Of a stretch of 64,000 nucleotides of DNA, positions 39,359 to 51,280 are shown one piece after another. The number at the start of each line of letters is the position of its first letter. The stretch's first letter is position 1. The notes beneath the pieces are model-generated. The model did no database searches. It was not told the DNA's origin and saw only the letters and a program-made list of their open reading frames with translations. This DNA comes from Catajapyx aquilonaris (Eukaryota): the NCBI GenBank assembly GCA_000934665.2, contig KZ538014.1, positions 62,001 through 126,000 on the forward strand, read 5' to 3'. The position numbers and the translations under genes were made by a program.

Positions 39359-40786
39359 CTATATATTTATCAGCAAAATATAAAGCAAATACATTTGAAA
39401 ATTTTACTCCTGCTACAAAGTACCTATGGCTCAGGTAATTCTGTCATGAACCTCTTCCTGAGTCCATCCGGGCAATTAGTTCACCTCTGCGTCTCTCTTA
39501 ACTTGCAGTAATGTCGCCTTCTGGGGCATGCCACAGCCATTATACCTGAATGGCTGTCAACGCTTTGGAGTTATAAATGCTTGAAAGAAGAAAAGGGCCA
39601 TCAGGCAAGGACAATGGACTCTGTATCACACGCCACGTTTGCCGCGAGTCACGTGCACCAAACATTTATTTACCGCAACAGGGTGGTGGAATGCATGGAT
39701 AATATCACCACTCTATTTTATACTCCTCGGCCCTTGTTCCAAAATGTGGACCTTTTTTTTTGCGTCCAACGTCTGCATGCTGGAACCTTTTCAAATTTTA
39801 GGGAGACTTTGTATAAACATACTGCATAGAGTTATCAATCTAACAAGCGTAACTGATATTTTTCTGTGTATAGGGTCTTGCTGGTATAGTATGGTATGGT
39901 AACAATATAAGATTTTTGTTGAATGTCATGCTACACAAATATTTTCCTAATATCTTGTATGGATGGTATGTTGCGATGGAATTTTCCGTGTAGTGTTTAG
40001 CGATTTTTTGACAATTATTAAGTTGTAATTTTTAAAGAATATATTACTCGTACAGTGACAGAGAAAAATATCAGCTGAGCGGGGTATTCTTTTTTAATGC
40101 TGGAGGAAGGTCTCTGATAAAAAAAAGTTTAACTGCTGACCATGGGTAGTAGGCTAGTGGTTCCAAATGGTCCATTCACAATGGTATATGATCTCGAAAA
40201 TTTACGTGTTTATTGACCTGCAGGAATACTTCCATTCAACATGTGCTCAACAGCAAATAGGCCTACTTTTGATAACACATGAAGGTAACGGGACGAAATG
40301 ACATCTAAATATTAAGCAGCTTAGTTCCAAAAAGTTGCTTACCACCACGAATAAGTCAGCTGGAACACACTGCACATATGGGGTGATCAGTAACTCCAGC
40401 AATTCCTGCAGGCAAGGCCATACCTTGACTTAATTAAGATTTGATTATTTTATCATTCTATGTATTTAGGGAATTTCCTGCATTTCATGTTACACGTCTA
40501 GTCGACGAGTGACACATGCCCTGCAGAATATTTAATGTGCCTTAAAGTGCCTTAAAGTTAAAATGACCTCGGCAATACAATGGTGGCTTTGGCTTCCTTT
40601 TAATTGTTATTGTCACTGATTCTTGCGACGATTTTAACATGTGTTTATTTATGGCGCATATGGTTGTTAACAAAATTTGTTTAATATTTAATATTATGGA
40701 ATAATTAAAGTAACTTTTTGGCTTTAGATGACATGGCATCGCCTTGCCTGAAGCAAGTGCAGGAGTTACGGACCACTTCTATTGTA

Positions 40787-41140
40787 CAGGGTGTTTCCTC
40801 TATTGGGACAGACTTCTCGGGTGTGTAGGGGCTGCCAAGAGAAGCAATTTCAGATTGGACACCCATGGTCGGAAACCCATCCCAACGGAGCTACGGAGCC
40901 TCCAAGGACCATTATTGTAACAATATTTCAATTGTTGAAGGAAATTGTTTATAACAATTAACAATGAGCACAATGGAATAAAACAACAATAATGGATTGT
41001 TACAACAATGGGATGACAATGGGCCTAGGAGGCTCCTTTGGGATGGGTTTCCGACCATGGGTGTCCAATGTCAAATTGCTGCTCTTGGCAGCCCCTATAC
41101 ATACCCTGTCAGTCTGTCCCGAATTACAGGAAACACCCTG
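40787..41140. mobile_element. Tc1/mariner-type foldback MITE
   Basis: TA-CAGGGTGTTTCCT ... AGGAAACACCCTG-TA, inverted arms of ~130 bp (TTGGACACCCATGGTCGGAAACCCATCCCAA mirrored). Confidence 0.88.
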
Positions 41141-42050
41141 TATATTCGGATAATGTAAGCGTGAGTAAAAATAGAACATCAGTTGAACATGAATGCATAA
41201 CAATGCCCAAGATGATGTAACACACTCTTCAGATGTGTCAATCATTTTTTATCTTCATATACAGTCATGGCATTACGTAATTCAAAAGTCAACTTAAATA
41301 CAATGATACAATCTCCATTATTATCATTAGGATATTCTTAACGCTGCATTTGGACCGTGTTTTAATTTATGTTTTTCTGGGTAGACACGCAGGGCTGCAA
41401 TGTGGCAAATAGTGTGGCATATAAATCTACGAAAAAATATATAGGCCTAATTTATTTTGGGTTTGTCGTTCTTTTGTTTTAAGCCTTCTACATTTTGTCC
41501 GTTCAGCTGCCCTATTCATATGGGCCATAAATAACTGAAGGACACCTGCAAGTATCACTTTCGCCTTCCTCCGCAATATATTTTGTAGGGCCTTAGAGGG
41601 GGGAAGATGCCAGTTTTTTAACTAACGAGAGCGTGGATAGTAAAATTCTGGGGTGGAATTTCGTCTCACTGATAGTTACTGCTAACTTATCAGTGCTATG
41701 GCCAACACTGGTCCTGCTAATTGATTGCTATAAAATGTTGTTAACAGAATATACTAAATTATTGGGGCATCACGCATTCATCTGCATAAGTTATCAATGC
41801 TTTGTCACACTAAGTCAATGGCATAATTTATTTATGAATATGATGAAGTTATTAAGCAAGAGTAAGGGAAAGTTAGATCTACATAATTATTACGTTGATA
41901 ATGTCATTCACCAATGTTTCTTGCACAAAGAGCTGGCATCCAATTCATGAAATTTCCACTATCAGTTTTCAGTATTGTATATGAAATCCTTCTGCATACT
42001 TTTGAAATGCTACAAAATAAATTGTGGTTGACAATGACTTACTGGTATTA

Positions 42051-42597
42051 CAGTTGAATCTGGATATAACAGACTTCAAGGGACCGAAGAAATCAGTATG
42101 TTAACCCTGGTCTGATATAGCCAAATCGCCACTTTTGCAACGAATACACATGTCAAGTTTTCTGCTTTCATATGCTTATAATTCACACTACTGAATGCTG
42201 ATTAATGAAACTACACACAAACATGCCAAATTAACTTAGGCAGGACAAAATAATATCAGCCATTTTCTTCTGCCATCTCGTCCTTAATATACAGTATACC
42301 AGAAAAAGAATGATTTTGACCTTGTCGGCAAGTGTTAGATCAGATGACAGGTGGGGAAATGACCCCATATCCAGTATTCAGTGCTTGCCTTGCGTGGGAA
42401 AGGAAGCTGAGCAATCAAAAACAGCATATTTACCACCGAGGGGCCAATAAATGGTCTGTTATAGCCGAGATGAGGTGAAATTAGTCTGTTAAGTAAAAAT
42501 ACATAGGGGCCTTAGGAAGTATGCTGGGACAGGCCTTTCGAGTCTGTTATAACCGAAAGTCTGTTACAGCCGATGCTGTTATATCCGGATTCAACTG
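42051..42597. mobile_element. pogo/Tigger-like MITE
   Basis: TA-CAGTTGAATCTGGATATAACAG ... CTGTTATATCCGGATTCAACTG-TA with repeated GTCTGTTA subterminal motifs. Confidence 0.85.
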
Positions 42598-42649
42598 TAT
42601 TAGGAGTCCAGTTTTTAAAAATGTGTGTACATGAGGCATAATGGCAATA

Positions 42650-43236
42650 CTCACAAGGGAAGGTCACAGGGTGATAATGACCGATCTTGATGAAATTTAA
42701 CATGATAATACAGGACAATATATGATACCCAAAAATGAAATATTTCATGCGGAGGCCCATATTGGCAAAAGTTATGACGTCTTAAAGTAAAAAAAAAAAA
42801 CATTTTCATTGAGTTCATAATGGGATTACATTAGCGACCACATATAAGACCACATTGAAGTGTGTAATCAGTTTCTACACTTTGTCTCATCGAAAAAAAA
42901 GTCCTACATAACGGCTCTGTATCTCTTACGGTTTAGGCCTTGATACCTGTCCACAGACGGACGGACGGACGGACAGAGCTGTTCTGCAGGACTTTTTTCC
43001 GATGAGAAAAAGTGTAGAAACTGATTACACAATTCAATGTCATTATATGTGGTCGCTAATGTAATCCCATTATGAATGAAAATGTATTATTTTTGGAACT
43101 TTAAGACGTCATAACTTTTGCAAATATGGGCCTCCGCACGAAATATTTCATCTTTGGGTATCATATATTGTCCTGTATTAGCATGTTAAATTTCATCAAG
43201 ATCGGTCATTATCACCCCGTGACCTTCCCTTGTCAG
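42650..43236. mobile_element. Foldback MITE with ~245-bp arms and central (GACG)n tract
   Basis: TA-CTCACAAGGGAAGGTCAC ... GTGACCTTCCCTTGTCAG-TA; arms highly similar; spacer has ACAGACGGACGGACGGACGGACAGA. Confidence 0.88.
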
Positions 43237-43296
43237 TAGAATCTCTGTATACACTTTGAAAGCTCTATTATGCATTTAAAAAATAACGATGTAGCC

Positions 43297-43335
<39 letters not shown>
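43297..43335. repeat. (TAA)n microsatellite
   Basis: Direct reading. Confidence 0.95.
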
Positions 43336-43336
<1 letters not shown>

Positions 43337-46300
43337 TCACATGACAATTTTACTATGTACCGGTATACGTATGTGTAACAACAATTAATAATCGCGCAAG
43401 TTAGCTATAATTAGCTAGATACTGAATCGAGCTTCTTAGCAAAGGAGTGTGTGAGCAAAACAGCGACACATCTGCTTTGACATTCATTGTAGGTCAAGTG
43501 CAGCTCATGCGCCAGTTGCAGGGGGGGAGGGGGGGTGGAGTCTGGATGGAGGGGGCTGGGAGAAATGGGGGTGAATGGGAGGCATCAAAAGTGTCCCATT
43601 TGAGTGAGGGCCGGCAAAGCTGGCGGACAGCATGTGGATCAAATGGAAGGCCGATTTGAGCAGAGGCCATTTCCATGCCCATGCCCTCTCCAACCCCCCA
43701 CCCTCCACCTGGTCCCCCACAAGGTGTGCACTATGACCACAAGCGGACCTCATTTCCAGCCATTCCGCCTCTGGAAAAGAGACCCCATCTGCGTGATGGT
43801 CTCGAGATTCTCGTTTCAAAACAGCTTCGGGAATAGCGTTACGGCAGCCCCTTCTATAGGTGGCCCCCTTCCCATAAGGAAACATTCTGCAGGAGGATTC
43901 AGCCGGGAAAACGGTCCAGACGTGCACCCTTATACATCCGCCGGCACGACAAATTCATGGCTCGTTTTGTCGTCTTCTAAAAATACCGCCACCTTATAGC
44001 CTTGTTGTTTAAAGTAACAAGGAGCCCATTTAGAGGATGTCAATAATTCCAGGCAGTATTTATTCAGGGGAGGGACGTTTACAGTATTCTAAAGAAAACC
44101 ATCGGTTTTTAGTAGAATTGGGGGGTAAATAATGAACAGGCGCCAGTTCATCTCTAAACTTTTCAAACAGTTTTTTGTGGTCGAAACTTGGTTGTCATTT
44201 GCGAGCACTTTGTTGCGAAAGTTTTTTTTTTTTTTGGTAGAAATTCTGAGGGAAGATTATCGGGAGGGTCTGTGGTGTGTCCGTGCTCCAATAAATGAGG
44301 GTAATAAATTGCTCAGATTCCGCTCCGGTGGCCAATAGCCCTCAGCTAGCCCTGCAGCAATGAAAAGGAAGAGACCGATTGAGTTCCCTTCCCAGAAGTA
44401 GAGTCTACCCTAGGATATGGGAGTCAAGGCCTGGATGGGGACAGGCAGACAGACAGATGAAAGGATGTGACGCCAACCCCCCCAACTCGAAAAAAAACTG
44501 ATACTATCGTAAAGCGGCTGGGTATAGACCATCATAAAAACACACAAAAAAGGTACACGTCCTGCCTTTAAAGACCGACTTTAACACCCCTACTCATTAG
44601 TAGACCCACGGAAGCCATGACATTTGATCTCCCTTAATTACCCCCACCCCCCTGGTTATACCCTAGTGTAAAAAGTTCAGCTGGAAGTTGTCAGTTTATT
44701 TATATATAAAATGGACGCCATTACTAGCGGTGTATGTTATCGCAGGGTCGCGACAATTTCCGCATGCCTAATTGGTGTATGCAAATTGCGAGAGGAACTT
44801 ATAACAGCCGCCATAAGAAGCTGAATCTCCGGGAGAGAGAGGGGGTTGTGTTTATCTAAAGACGGTGTGCATATATCTGTCCCTAGGCGGTGGAAATGCT
44901 AATCTTCTTTGGTGCTACCTAAAGGCATTCCTCCAGAAACCGCAACCGGCAGTGGTAGAAGTCTGGGTGTAGCCATTACTGCCGCTCTTATTCGAGAGTG
45001 AAACAAGGCCCGAGACACGCCATTCTTCCATGAGGAAGTAGTCACGCGCGCTCAAGTGGGCCCTAACGCCAACTGGCTGACCCGTAAACACCACCGCCAA
45101 ATAGAGAAGAATCAGCACATGTGACTTTCCAGGCTTGCTATCCCTGCAGTCAGAGAGCCCTTGGGGGACAGGGGCTGGGGACAAAGTGCGGGAGTGATGC
45201 GATATTCATAGGATGGGCTTGGATGCGATATGGCCATGTTTTTTTCTGGGAGGGGTTGAATGGAGAGGGGTTGAGTCAGCTGCATACGGCGTTTGTGTTA
45301 TTTATATCAAGGTGGTTTAATATTTTATGGTTTTTACTAGAGTGAGGGGAGGGTTGGGAATTTTTCGGTTTGAGTTACGCGGTGGAAAAATTTCACACTT
45401 GACAATCTACCGTTACCTAACTGTGGTTTTGGATTGGTTCATTCAGTCCATTCTGCAACTTGGAATCTGCTCGTATGGAATGAGTCATGTCTATAATCAA
45501 TCATTGTTGTCATGACCTTCAGGGACAAAGTTATTGTGTAGCAACTAAGTACGATATGATGCTTATAAGGGCATGGAATTGTCATGCCATATGTTGACAC
45601 ATATGAATGAAATTTGTACTTATCCACGTATGCGAGTTGGTTTGACAACCTCCTGAGGCTGATTGGCGGGCTGCAGCATGGGATACATAATATCAATAAA
45701 ATAAAATATCACATAAAAATAATTAACCCCATGCTGAATATGAGGTGACCGTTTCTATATTGGCGACTTTTTCGCACTGAACTGGTAATTATTATTAAAC
45801 AGTTATTTTCGAAAGGTTACTTTCAGCTATATGAAAATGTCAGTTTCTAATAATAAGTGGAAAAGAGGCGTGCTTTAAAAAATTGTGGATCTAACCTGGA
45901 AAAAATGACCTCATGTGCCATTGGGTCAAAGTGAATCAGCTACATTACTCAATTTCCTCCCATTGGCCGTGATGTCTCTGTCCATTGATGCTGTACAGAA
46001 AGCACAATACAATGCATGTGATATGGATGCTGGATATATGCACCGTCACGGGTTTTGCAGTGAACTTATTCGAGGTTTGCAACATAATCTCCACCATTTC
46101 CCCCGCAATAGTCCATTTACATGCGGAGTAATGTATGGACATTGATTATGACGACTGGTCAGAACAACACAAAGGTTACAAGTTACCTTTCAAGTGGATG
46201 GGTTTCTTTACGAAAATCCGTAATATTATTAGTAAGTATGGTGAACAGTTCTGCACTTTTTGGGCAAACTGATGAAGATGGAGTGTGGTCATAGTTTTGT

Positions 46301-46821
46301 TCGCGATCATACCGGACTGCCACTGTATAAAGACCAATATGACTACCACCTCACTACACCACCATGAATGTGAGAGTATTTAGCGTCGATAGAGCACACA
46401 TGGCGAACCTAGTAGGTTATGCAATTCAGCATGCAACATTAGCGTACTAAAAGGGGGAGGACATGCAAGAGGCACTAGAGTCACCATATTGCCAACATTG
46501 CAGTCGGGAATATGGTTACTAAGGCTGTCGTCATGAGCGCGGCATGTTCCAAATGGCTCTCATAGCCCCCAAACCCTCCTGAAAACCCACCCTTCTCTGC
46601 CATTCATTGATTCTCTTCTCTCCCTCTCGCTAAACTGTCAATGCTACCAACCTAACGTTCATTTATGCTGGGAAATAGACTTCCACCCTTTGTAGGGGAC
46701 TATACCTACAAAGGGTGCAGTACTATACAATGGCTGCAGTATGTCATGAAGACTGTGATAAGCCACTAGATTTCACTCTGCTAATACTCGAACAACAGGT
46801 CTGCATATGGAGCGGCTATTG

Positions 46822-46823
<2 letters not shown>

Positions 46824-46910
<87 letters not shown>
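46824..46910. repeat. (ATT)n microsatellite
   Basis: Direct reading. Confidence 0.95.
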
Positions 46911-48751
46911 GTGCAGTTATGAAAGTAGAACAATAAAGAAATTGTTAAAGAAATTGTTGCGCCCACTGTTTTGCAACCGTCGATATCTGGCACCATGTGA
47001 TATTGTTAGCTTTTCCGTTGTATGATTATGATATCTATATATACCTAAAGCCTAAAAAATGACAGTGTGAATGACACATGACCCTGTAAACGCATTGAAA
47101 TGCACCAACCATTGCTTCATAATTACGACATAATTCGTGCAAACCATTCTGATGTTACTATTTTCCCCTGTAACAAGATTTCCGTTGGAATTATGTCGAT
47201 AAACTATACTGTTGGAAAATGAAGGCGGCAATCATATTTCAAGAGTGTCAGGTGCCCTCTCTCGGTCTGATTAAAAAATAAGCGTGGCAGGAAATTCTGC
47301 TCTGAATACGCTCAAATATATAGGATCCCACCATGCACACGGTGTAACTTCTTAATTGTGAATGTACTCAAAACATTATTTAGATAATTATTATGAATGA
47401 CACTCTATCAACTAATGCTGCTGTCATCATTAAAAAGGAACATGGAGAAGACCTACACATTGTGCAATTATGTTTCACAAATTCACTTACAACTTAATGT
47501 TTCATCGTATTAAATTGAATGGAATGTATATGTTCACAGTTGTAATAACTTGCAATATTAATATTAAATATTACACATTTAACAAATTATGCAGTTCTGG
47601 CCATGCTCTGACGCATTTTCGATATTTTAAATAACATTAGTCATTTATTATTCCTGATCGTATAGCTACATAACTCTGCTACAATAGCGGATAACTCAGC
47701 TGTTAGCAACCATAACAGTAAGCACACAGTTAAATGCGACCCCTTTTCAAATGCACACAAATGAAAATTCGCATTTCCAGCAGAATGAATGGGAACAGAC
47801 CAAAAATGACCGTTCTGCCGATTACGAGTTTGAAGAGGAAATCAGTTTATGGTAAGGGATAATTGGACGGCCCCTAAATACTAACAAGATGTCCTCATGA
47901 ATCGACTATGTAATTAGAGACTAAATGCTAAATAATGAGATAACGAGCGATTAATTCTTGAACGAGGTTAATAACCGATATTCATGCGCAGCATTATTGA
48001 CCAGCGAGATCAACTTCGCTCTAAACATTGACCTTTATCTCGCGACCGGTAGATATAGAGCAGCCATGCAGCACAATTAATTTCATCTGTTCAGTTACTG
48101 CCTGATTATGCAAAGGGAGTTACCAGGACGGGGGAAAAAAATTTCATAGTAGAAGGAGCCCCCATATTAGCCTGGATCGAGATGTAACTAGACAGTAATG
48201 AAGCCCAAGTTTGTACGTGGGGTGACTCTAGCCCCTCGAAAAAAGTCTGGGAGAATATGAGCCCAAAACTGATCGAATATGTAAGGAGTTTGCATGAGAA
48301 GGAGGCGATTCGAGTCTGGAGAAATGGAGGCATCCATAAGAGAAGGCGGATTTTAGTACCACGGGCAAGATGGGAGCAGCAGGGAAATGACCCTATTGTT
48401 TGGCGGGGAGGGAGAGCAAGGAGGAGGAGGGGGGGGTGCCACCAAGAATCTTGCTCTGGGAGAAGGGTAGGCAAAAAACAGCATTTTTTTAGGCCTAGCC
48501 TATCCTGCGAGACTGCTGGTTGGGTGTGTGAGACAAGCCCTTATAATGCGAGTGCATCCTCTGGCTTGTTGGACGATAAAGAATGGCCTGGCTCCGAGTT
48601 TGCTTCTACTTCTTCAGCTTGTTTTTCCACTTCACATTCCTATATGGCTAGCTTGCAAACAATGGCATGAACTCTGATCCAATGTAGGCGGTTTGAGCTT
48701 GTACATAGGAATAAGGGGGTGTGGGTTGTGCTAATGAACGAAGCATTGTTT

Positions 48752-48823
48752 GGCCCTCGCCGGGACTCGAACCCGGACCTCGAGCGGCTATCGCCCGTGT
48801 CCTACCGTTTAGACCACGAGGGC
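48752..48823 (-). pseudogene. tRNA-like cloverleaf (SINE head or tRNA pseudogene) with non-canonical anticodon loop
   Basis: Minus strand folds GCCCTCG/CGAGGGC acceptor, GTCT/GGAC D arm, CGGGC/GCTCG anticodon stem, CCGGG-TTCGAGT-CCCGG T arm; loop GATAGCC lacks U33; no T-run terminator immediately downstream. Confidence 0.7.
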
Positions 48824-50873
48824 TGTGTTCATAGCAATTTTTACACAGGGTGGTGGTCATGTATAAGGAACAGCATGATAGGAACCACTCAACCATATAC
48901 ATTGAATAATATAGAACGAAATAAATTCATACCATTATTTGACACCTAATTGGAAAAGGCTCTTTGCTACTGAGGACACCTTTTGAATTTTTAACATCCG
49001 GATCCAGCTGCATTTTGGAACCAAAAGTTGGTTATCAGATTTGAGGCGCATCACGTGCACGCGTTTTGATCCGCAATGATTAATCTTGTTAGTAGAGGCG
49101 ACATCTGAAAGGCTTGGAGGAAATGTGGCTATTACACAGCTGGGACCCTATCCCCCAAGTCTAACCCAAGCGCTTCCAATATGAGACGTGCCTGTCATGC
49201 GGGAAGTGGTATAGAGCAATCAGGCTCTGCAGGAATTTATTTCTTGTTGGGGGCGAAAGAAGATGGCGGGGACCATGGGTGGAACTTTTCGAACAGGGCA
49301 ATTGGGAATCTTCCATGTTCTTGTAGTAGAATGATGAGCAGACCGATGGTCCCTCCCTTTTTGCTCAAGAAAATATGACACATAAGGCAATCTTTTGTTC
49401 GCCACCTTTCAAAAGAAAAATGGCTCCCCAGCTAATTTTTCAGTCTTATCTCGTAAAACTGGGTAGGTCTAGAGCCAATGAAGGTCAGAGGGGGCCGTTG
49501 CATACAGACGAGTCCCTTCAGAAGCGCCATCTTTGCTCCGAAAAAAAGAGAGAAAAAACAAACTGGTAGAGTGTAGCTTCCTCTGGGGAAATGTCTCCCA
49601 ATGACACGAAGAAAAGGAAGAAATAGCGCAGGCCGCTCCATAAAAAGAAATGGAATGTATGCCGAATCCCCACCTGGGAACGCATCAAACACCCAACAAC
49701 AGTTTGCCTCAAGTGAGTTTCCAGAAGCGTTTGCGCGCGGAAATTCGCGCTCGTTTGCGCGGGAACGGTTTCGGCGCGCGCGTTTCTCTTTGTGTTCAAA
49801 TGGCGCCAGAGACATATCTGACGACCTCAATAGTTTCTCCTCCACTTACATGTCCAACAGCAGGTGAATAGCGGGATAGGAAGAAAAACTGGCTTTTTAT
49901 GGGCCACCCTGTGTTTATCTTTATTTCTTCCTACTGTGCCAGCTCCCCCCTCTGGTTATTGCAGTTATTGCCAATTATCGATGGCGTAACGTGACCGCTT
50001 CTTCATTTCGGAACAATAACAGGTTGGGAATAGGTATTGATGAACTGTGTGCAAAAGACAGCTTTATCTGCTCAAATTCCTGATACCAGCCAGACGGCCA
50101 TGGCTGTCAGCACTGCTTGATAGCTAACACAGTTGTATCATGTGGGGGCAGTGGGAAGATAGTATTTGCCGCCATTGTCTGCCTATAAATTGTCCATTAA
50201 TGAGGTCTCGGTCACGACAGGGAGTAATTTAGTTCTGGAACCTCGGGGTGGTTTTCTTCAAGGTTTTTGGTCGTGTCGGAACGTCACCATGCGAACTTCT
50301 CCGGACTATAGACAACGGTTGGGTTTTTTGATAATATCAAGGACTGTCAGCTTGAGAATTACTGATCTGACGTGATCTACATCTTGACGAATAGAAGTAC
50401 ACAGCTGCTGTAGCCGGACAGGAGTTATTATTGCACGTTATTGTTCCCTTTCTCGTGACTCGAAATAAAATATAGCACCAATTAGGAGAGAAGAGATATA
50501 TGATCTGCACTGAGAAGGCGGCGGCCAAGATAAAGGAGACGCTTTTCATTTGTGAACACGAGAAACGAGTGGGGCGAGAGAGGGCAAGTGGAAGGAAAAG
50601 GGGGTGGAGGGGCAGGGGGCGGGAGGAACTGTTACTTGCCCATCTAGTGAGTAATGAAATGTCATATATCTAGGATGCCGTGGCTTTATCGCTGGGTGCC
50701 TATTTTCATCTGAAATCGTTTGGGGCCAATATTCAGGCGAAAAACTCTGCGCTAATCATTCTGCTGCTTTGAGTGTCTTTTTTTTACAAGAGTTAATTAC
50801 TTGCAGAATATTTGCTGGTAGCTATCCGAAAATTATTATCGGTTATGTGGGGGCCACCCGAAAGGTACTAACT

Positions 50874-50973
50874 TATATCGCTCAAAAACATTAGAGACGA
50901 TTTTGCATTTGATTCAAGTGCAGGCTGCACTTGAGTCAAATGCAAAATCGTCTCAATGTTTTTGAGCGATATA
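50874..50973. repeat. Near-perfect 100-bp hairpin
   Basis: TATATCGCTCAAAAACATT..GAGACGATTTTGCATTTGATTCAAGTGCAG-G-CTGCACTTGAGTCAAATGCAAAATCGTCTCAATGTTTTTGAGCGATATA. Confidence 0.9.
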
Positions 50974-51098
50974 GTACATAGAGTTACAATTTACTATTTG
51001 GATGCTCATGAAAATGTAACCTATATTATAATTGCATGGTAGGCTACAGTACTGCACATTACTTGGCAGCGAAAACTTGTACTGTATGCAACTTTGCC

Positions 51099-51101
<3 letters not shown>

Positions 51102-51137
<36 letters not shown>

Positions 51138-51280
51138 TAATAATAATAATAATGATGATGATGATGATGATGATAATGATAATAATAATGATAATAATAA
51201 TAAATTAATGATAATAATGATAATAATAATAAATTAATGATAATAATGATAATAATAAATTAATGGTTATGATGATGATA
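51102..51280. repeat. Compound (AAT)n/(GAT)n microsatellite with higher-order AAATTAATGAT units
   Basis: Direct reading. Confidence 0.9.

Noticed and set aside
39173..39511. Poly-Ile ORF resembling a membrane protein (also 46715-46996 and 14597-14806)
   Set aside because: Translations of (ATT)n microsatellites.
43363..43371. GTATACGTA composite seed match for miR-iab-4-5p and miR-iab-8-5p
   Set aside because: Single short match in presumed intronic/intergenic DNA next to a microsatellite; no evidence it lies in a mature transcript.
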